Origin: Fervidobacterium sp.
GTDB taxonomy: Bacteria; Thermotogota; Thermotogae; Thermotogales; Fervidobacteriaceae
Direction of reading: 5' to 3'
DNA: 64,000 bases
NCBI GenBank assembly: GCA_049970055.1
Contig: JBMFNR010000001.1
Coordinates: 352,001 to 416,000, forward strand
Both the position numbers and the translations under genes were made by a program. How positions within the stretch are numbered: position 1 is the first letter of the stretch; each line of letters opens with the position of its first letter. The notes below the pieces were generated by a model. It searched no databases, was not told where the DNA came from, and saw only the letters and a list, made by a program, of their open reading frames with translations. Positions 61,973 to 64,000 of the stretch are shown piece by piece.

Positions 61973-63082
61973 TTACCAGTGGAGTACTTCTTTCTCAGTT
62001 TCTTTGTCAAAGATATTCATTGTCGTCATATCAAACACAAGGTCAATCTTCTGCCCTTCCTTAGCTTGGCTTTTTGCGTTGACTCTTGCAACAAGTTTAT
62101 CTTCACCAACAACAACGTGGAGTAATGTTTCGCTACCAAGAGGTTCAACAACGTCTACTGTAACTTCTGCCGTATTTTCAGGTTTCGGAGCAATTGCGAA
62201 CATCTTGTCATAGATGTTTTCAGGCCTAATACCGAAAATTATATCTTTATCAACATATTTTGAAAGTTTTTCTTCGTATTCAGCAGGTACTTTCAATTTT
62301 AACCCACTTGTCTTAACCCAAAGTCCGCCTTCGTCTCTAATTATCTTTCCTTCTAAGAAGTTCATTGAAGGACTACCAATGAATCCAGCAACAAAGACAT
62401 TGGCAGGTCTGTTATACACTTCGTATGGGGTGCCAATTTGTTGAATAACTCCATCTTTCATAATAACAATTTTATCTGCCATTGTCATGGCTTCAACTTG
62501 GTCGTGGGTAACGTAAACAATCGTTGCCTCAAGTCTTGAATGTAATTTCTTCAATTCAGCTCTCATTTGAACACGCAATTTTGCGTCAAGGTTTGAGAGA
62601 GGTTCGTCAAAGAGGAATACCTTTGGGTTTCTAACGATCGCTCTTCCAACGGCAACTCTTTGCCTTTGACCGCCTGATAATTGCCTCGGTTTTCTGTCAA
62701 GCAAGTGTTCAATTTCGAGAATTTTTGCCGCCTCTTTAACTCTTCTTTCAATCTCATCTTTTGGAACCTTTCTCAATTTCAAACCAAATGCCATATTTTC
62801 ATATACGGTCATGTGAGGGTAAAGTGCATAATTTTGGAAAACAAAAGCGATGTCCCTATCTTTCGGCTCAACATCGTTAACAACTTTTCCATTGATCTTG
62901 ATCTCACCTTTTGTTATTTCCTCAAGACCAGCGATCATTCTGAGTGTTGTTGTCTTTCCGCATCCTGATGGTCCAAGTAAAACGACGAACTCCTTGTCTT
63001 CGACCACAAAATTAGCGTCTTTGACGGCCTCGACTTTACCTTCATAAATTTTCCAAACATGTTCGAGTACAACTTGCGCCAT
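61973..63082 (-). CDS. CUT1 carbohydrate ABC ATPase, MalK/MsmX-like, with no adjacent permeases
   Basis: GPSGCGKTT, FQNYALYPHM, LSGGQRQR, DEPLSNLD, GIRPE, TOBE tail. Confidence 0.93.
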   Translation of the reverse strand: MAQVVLEHVWKIYEGKVEAVKDANFVVEDKEFVVLLGPSGCGKTTTLRMIAGLEEITKGEIKINGKVVNDVEPKDRDIAFVFQNYALYPHMTVYENMAFGLKLRKVPKDEIERRVKEAAKILEIEHLLDRKPRQLSGGQRQRVAVGRAIVRNPKVFLFDEPLSNLDAKLRVQMRAELKKLHSRLEATIVYVTHDQVEAMTMADKIVIMKDGVIQQIGTPYEVYNRPANVFVAGFIGSPSMNFLEGKIIRDEGGLWVKTSGLKLKVPAEYEEKLSKYVDKDIIFGIRPENIYDKMFAIAPKPENTAEVTVDVVEPLGSETLLHVVVGEDKLVARVNAKSQAKEGQKIDLVFDMTTMNIFDKETEKEVLHW

Positions 63083-63124
63083 AAACTTAACCTCCTTGTA
63101 TGATTAATAATAAGCTGTAGTCTA

Positions 63125-63382
63125 TTATTCATCCTCTTTGTCAAATAAATCTTCCAACTTTAAATCTTTAAAGAAAGACGGATCTCCCAAATCTAACAGA
63201 TAAAGATCCCACACTTTGTCGATAAAATCAAGAATCTTATTGTACTTCTCATAACCAATTACAACTGATGTGGGTTTACCATTTTTTGTAATTATTACAT
63301 CGATCTTTTCTGATTTATCAACAATTTCGGAAAATCTTGCTTTTGCGTCCGCTAACGAGTAAAACTCCTGCTTGGGCCTCAT
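63125..63382 (-). CDS. Phd/YefM-family antitoxin-like protein, orphan
   Basis: YSLADAKARFSEIVD...VIITKNGKP.SVVIG..KY, acidic C-terminal tail. Confidence 0.85.
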   Translation of the reverse strand: MRPKQEFYSLADAKARFSEIVDKSEKIDVIITKNGKPTSVVIGYEKYNKILDFIDKVWDLYLLDLGDPSFFKDLKLEDLFDKEDE

Positions 63383-63394
63383 ACGATCTCCCCC

Positions 63395-63432
63395 TTGACT
63401 ATAATTATAGTCAAATTTGCCTCAAAAGTAAA
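63395..63432 (-). promoter_or_regulatory. promoter (TTTACT-17bp-TATAAT) overlapped by a perfect 20-bp palindrome
   Basis: TTGACTATAATTATAGTCAA at 63395-63414, immediately before the phd RBS. Confidence 0.8.
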
Positions 63433-63500
63433 GTGAAAAGTGTTATGTTACCTAAAAGTTACGTAAAAGAAATATAAAAACGGAATGTCTGGTGTAAAAT

Positions 63501-63516
63501 TTGACTGAACGGTCAA
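63501..63516. promoter_or_regulatory. imperfect palindrome, putative operator of the radical SAM gene
   Basis: TTGACTGAACGGTCAA directly after a TAAAAT -10-like hexamer. Confidence 0.55.
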
Positions 63517-63551
63517 TAAAATTTAGTGGGTACAAAAGGAGGAGAGGTATT

Positions 63552-64000
63552 ATGGCAGTAGGCGGATTAAAGGGTATGGTTTATCATCAGGCTGGTAAGT
63601 TAGTTTCTTCTGTTATTAGAAAGGCGGACACTCAAACATTTGCTAAGCTACTTTTTACAGTGGCAGCGTTGAGTAAAGAACCGGCTAAGAGTGGATTAAA
63701 AAAGCTTGGCCTCATGGCTCAGGAAGAACATCCCATGATTAAAAAGTGGATAAATATATTCCAAAAATCTTCGCCACAAGCGGTTGAGAAGATCATTAAT
63801 AACTTGATTATCAATGAGTTTGCCATTGGTGAACCACACAGGCAAAAAATGATGCACGAACACAAAGTTGTACTTCCCAAACTCGGGGTCATAAGTCCAA
63901 CATATGCTTGTAACCTTAACTGTGTCGGATGCTATGCAGGATTGTATGGAAGAAAATACGAACTAACGAAGGATGAAGTCAGAAGTGTTCTTAAACAGGG
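63552..64000 (+). CDS. radical SAM protein with N-terminal extension; runs off the right window edge
   Basis: Not in the ORF track. Manual translation MAVGGLKG...VISPTYACNLNCVGCYAGLYG contains CxxxCxxC; AGGAGG RBS. Confidence 0.9.
   Translation, partial: MAVGGLKGMVYHQAGKLVSSVIRKADTQTFAKLLFTVAALSKEPAKSGLKKLGLMAQEEHPMIKKWINIFQKSSPQAVEKIINNLIINEFAIGEPHRQKMMHEHKVVLPKLGVISPTYACNLNCVGCYAGLYGRKYELTKDEVRSVLKQ

Overview
AT-rich core-genome window from a bacterium that is very probably in the Thermotogae, Fervidobacterium/Thermosipho-like. This is inferred from the very long RpoC with an internal insertion, the short Mfd, a DnaA not followed by dnaN, and the general protein style. Left end (minus strand): methylmalonyl-CoA mutase (partial), an AcpS-FolK fusion and a carboxyltransferase. 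A long plus-strand block follows (tmcAL, mfd, FlhB-like, prfB, minDE, ftsY, LysM lipoprotein, rrf2-mnmA-hpt-LCP, tRNA-Leu, TagA-like, rsmG, queD). Next is a minus-strand block (dppA-ptb-arcC, rsmH-ftsL-PBP, L10 leader-rplJL, rpoBC). The right part holds dnaA, ferredoxin, a BMP/nucleoside ABC transporter, HU, pgeF, a PatB-GNAT fusion, a PAS-PP2C phosphatase, guaA, rsmE, a MalK/MsmX ATPase behind an orphan Phd-like gene, and a partial radical SAM gene. I saw no mobile element, prophage or CRISPR array. The most intriguing signals are: six co-oriented TAGCGGAG motifs across rsmH-ftsL; the toxin-less Phd gene with a perfect 20-bp operator leading the sugar ABC ATPase; two unusual gene fusions; a ptb-carbamate kinase pairing; and a long G-U-containing RNA hairpin in the ABC operon. 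All calls come from reading motifs by eye; no database searches were run.
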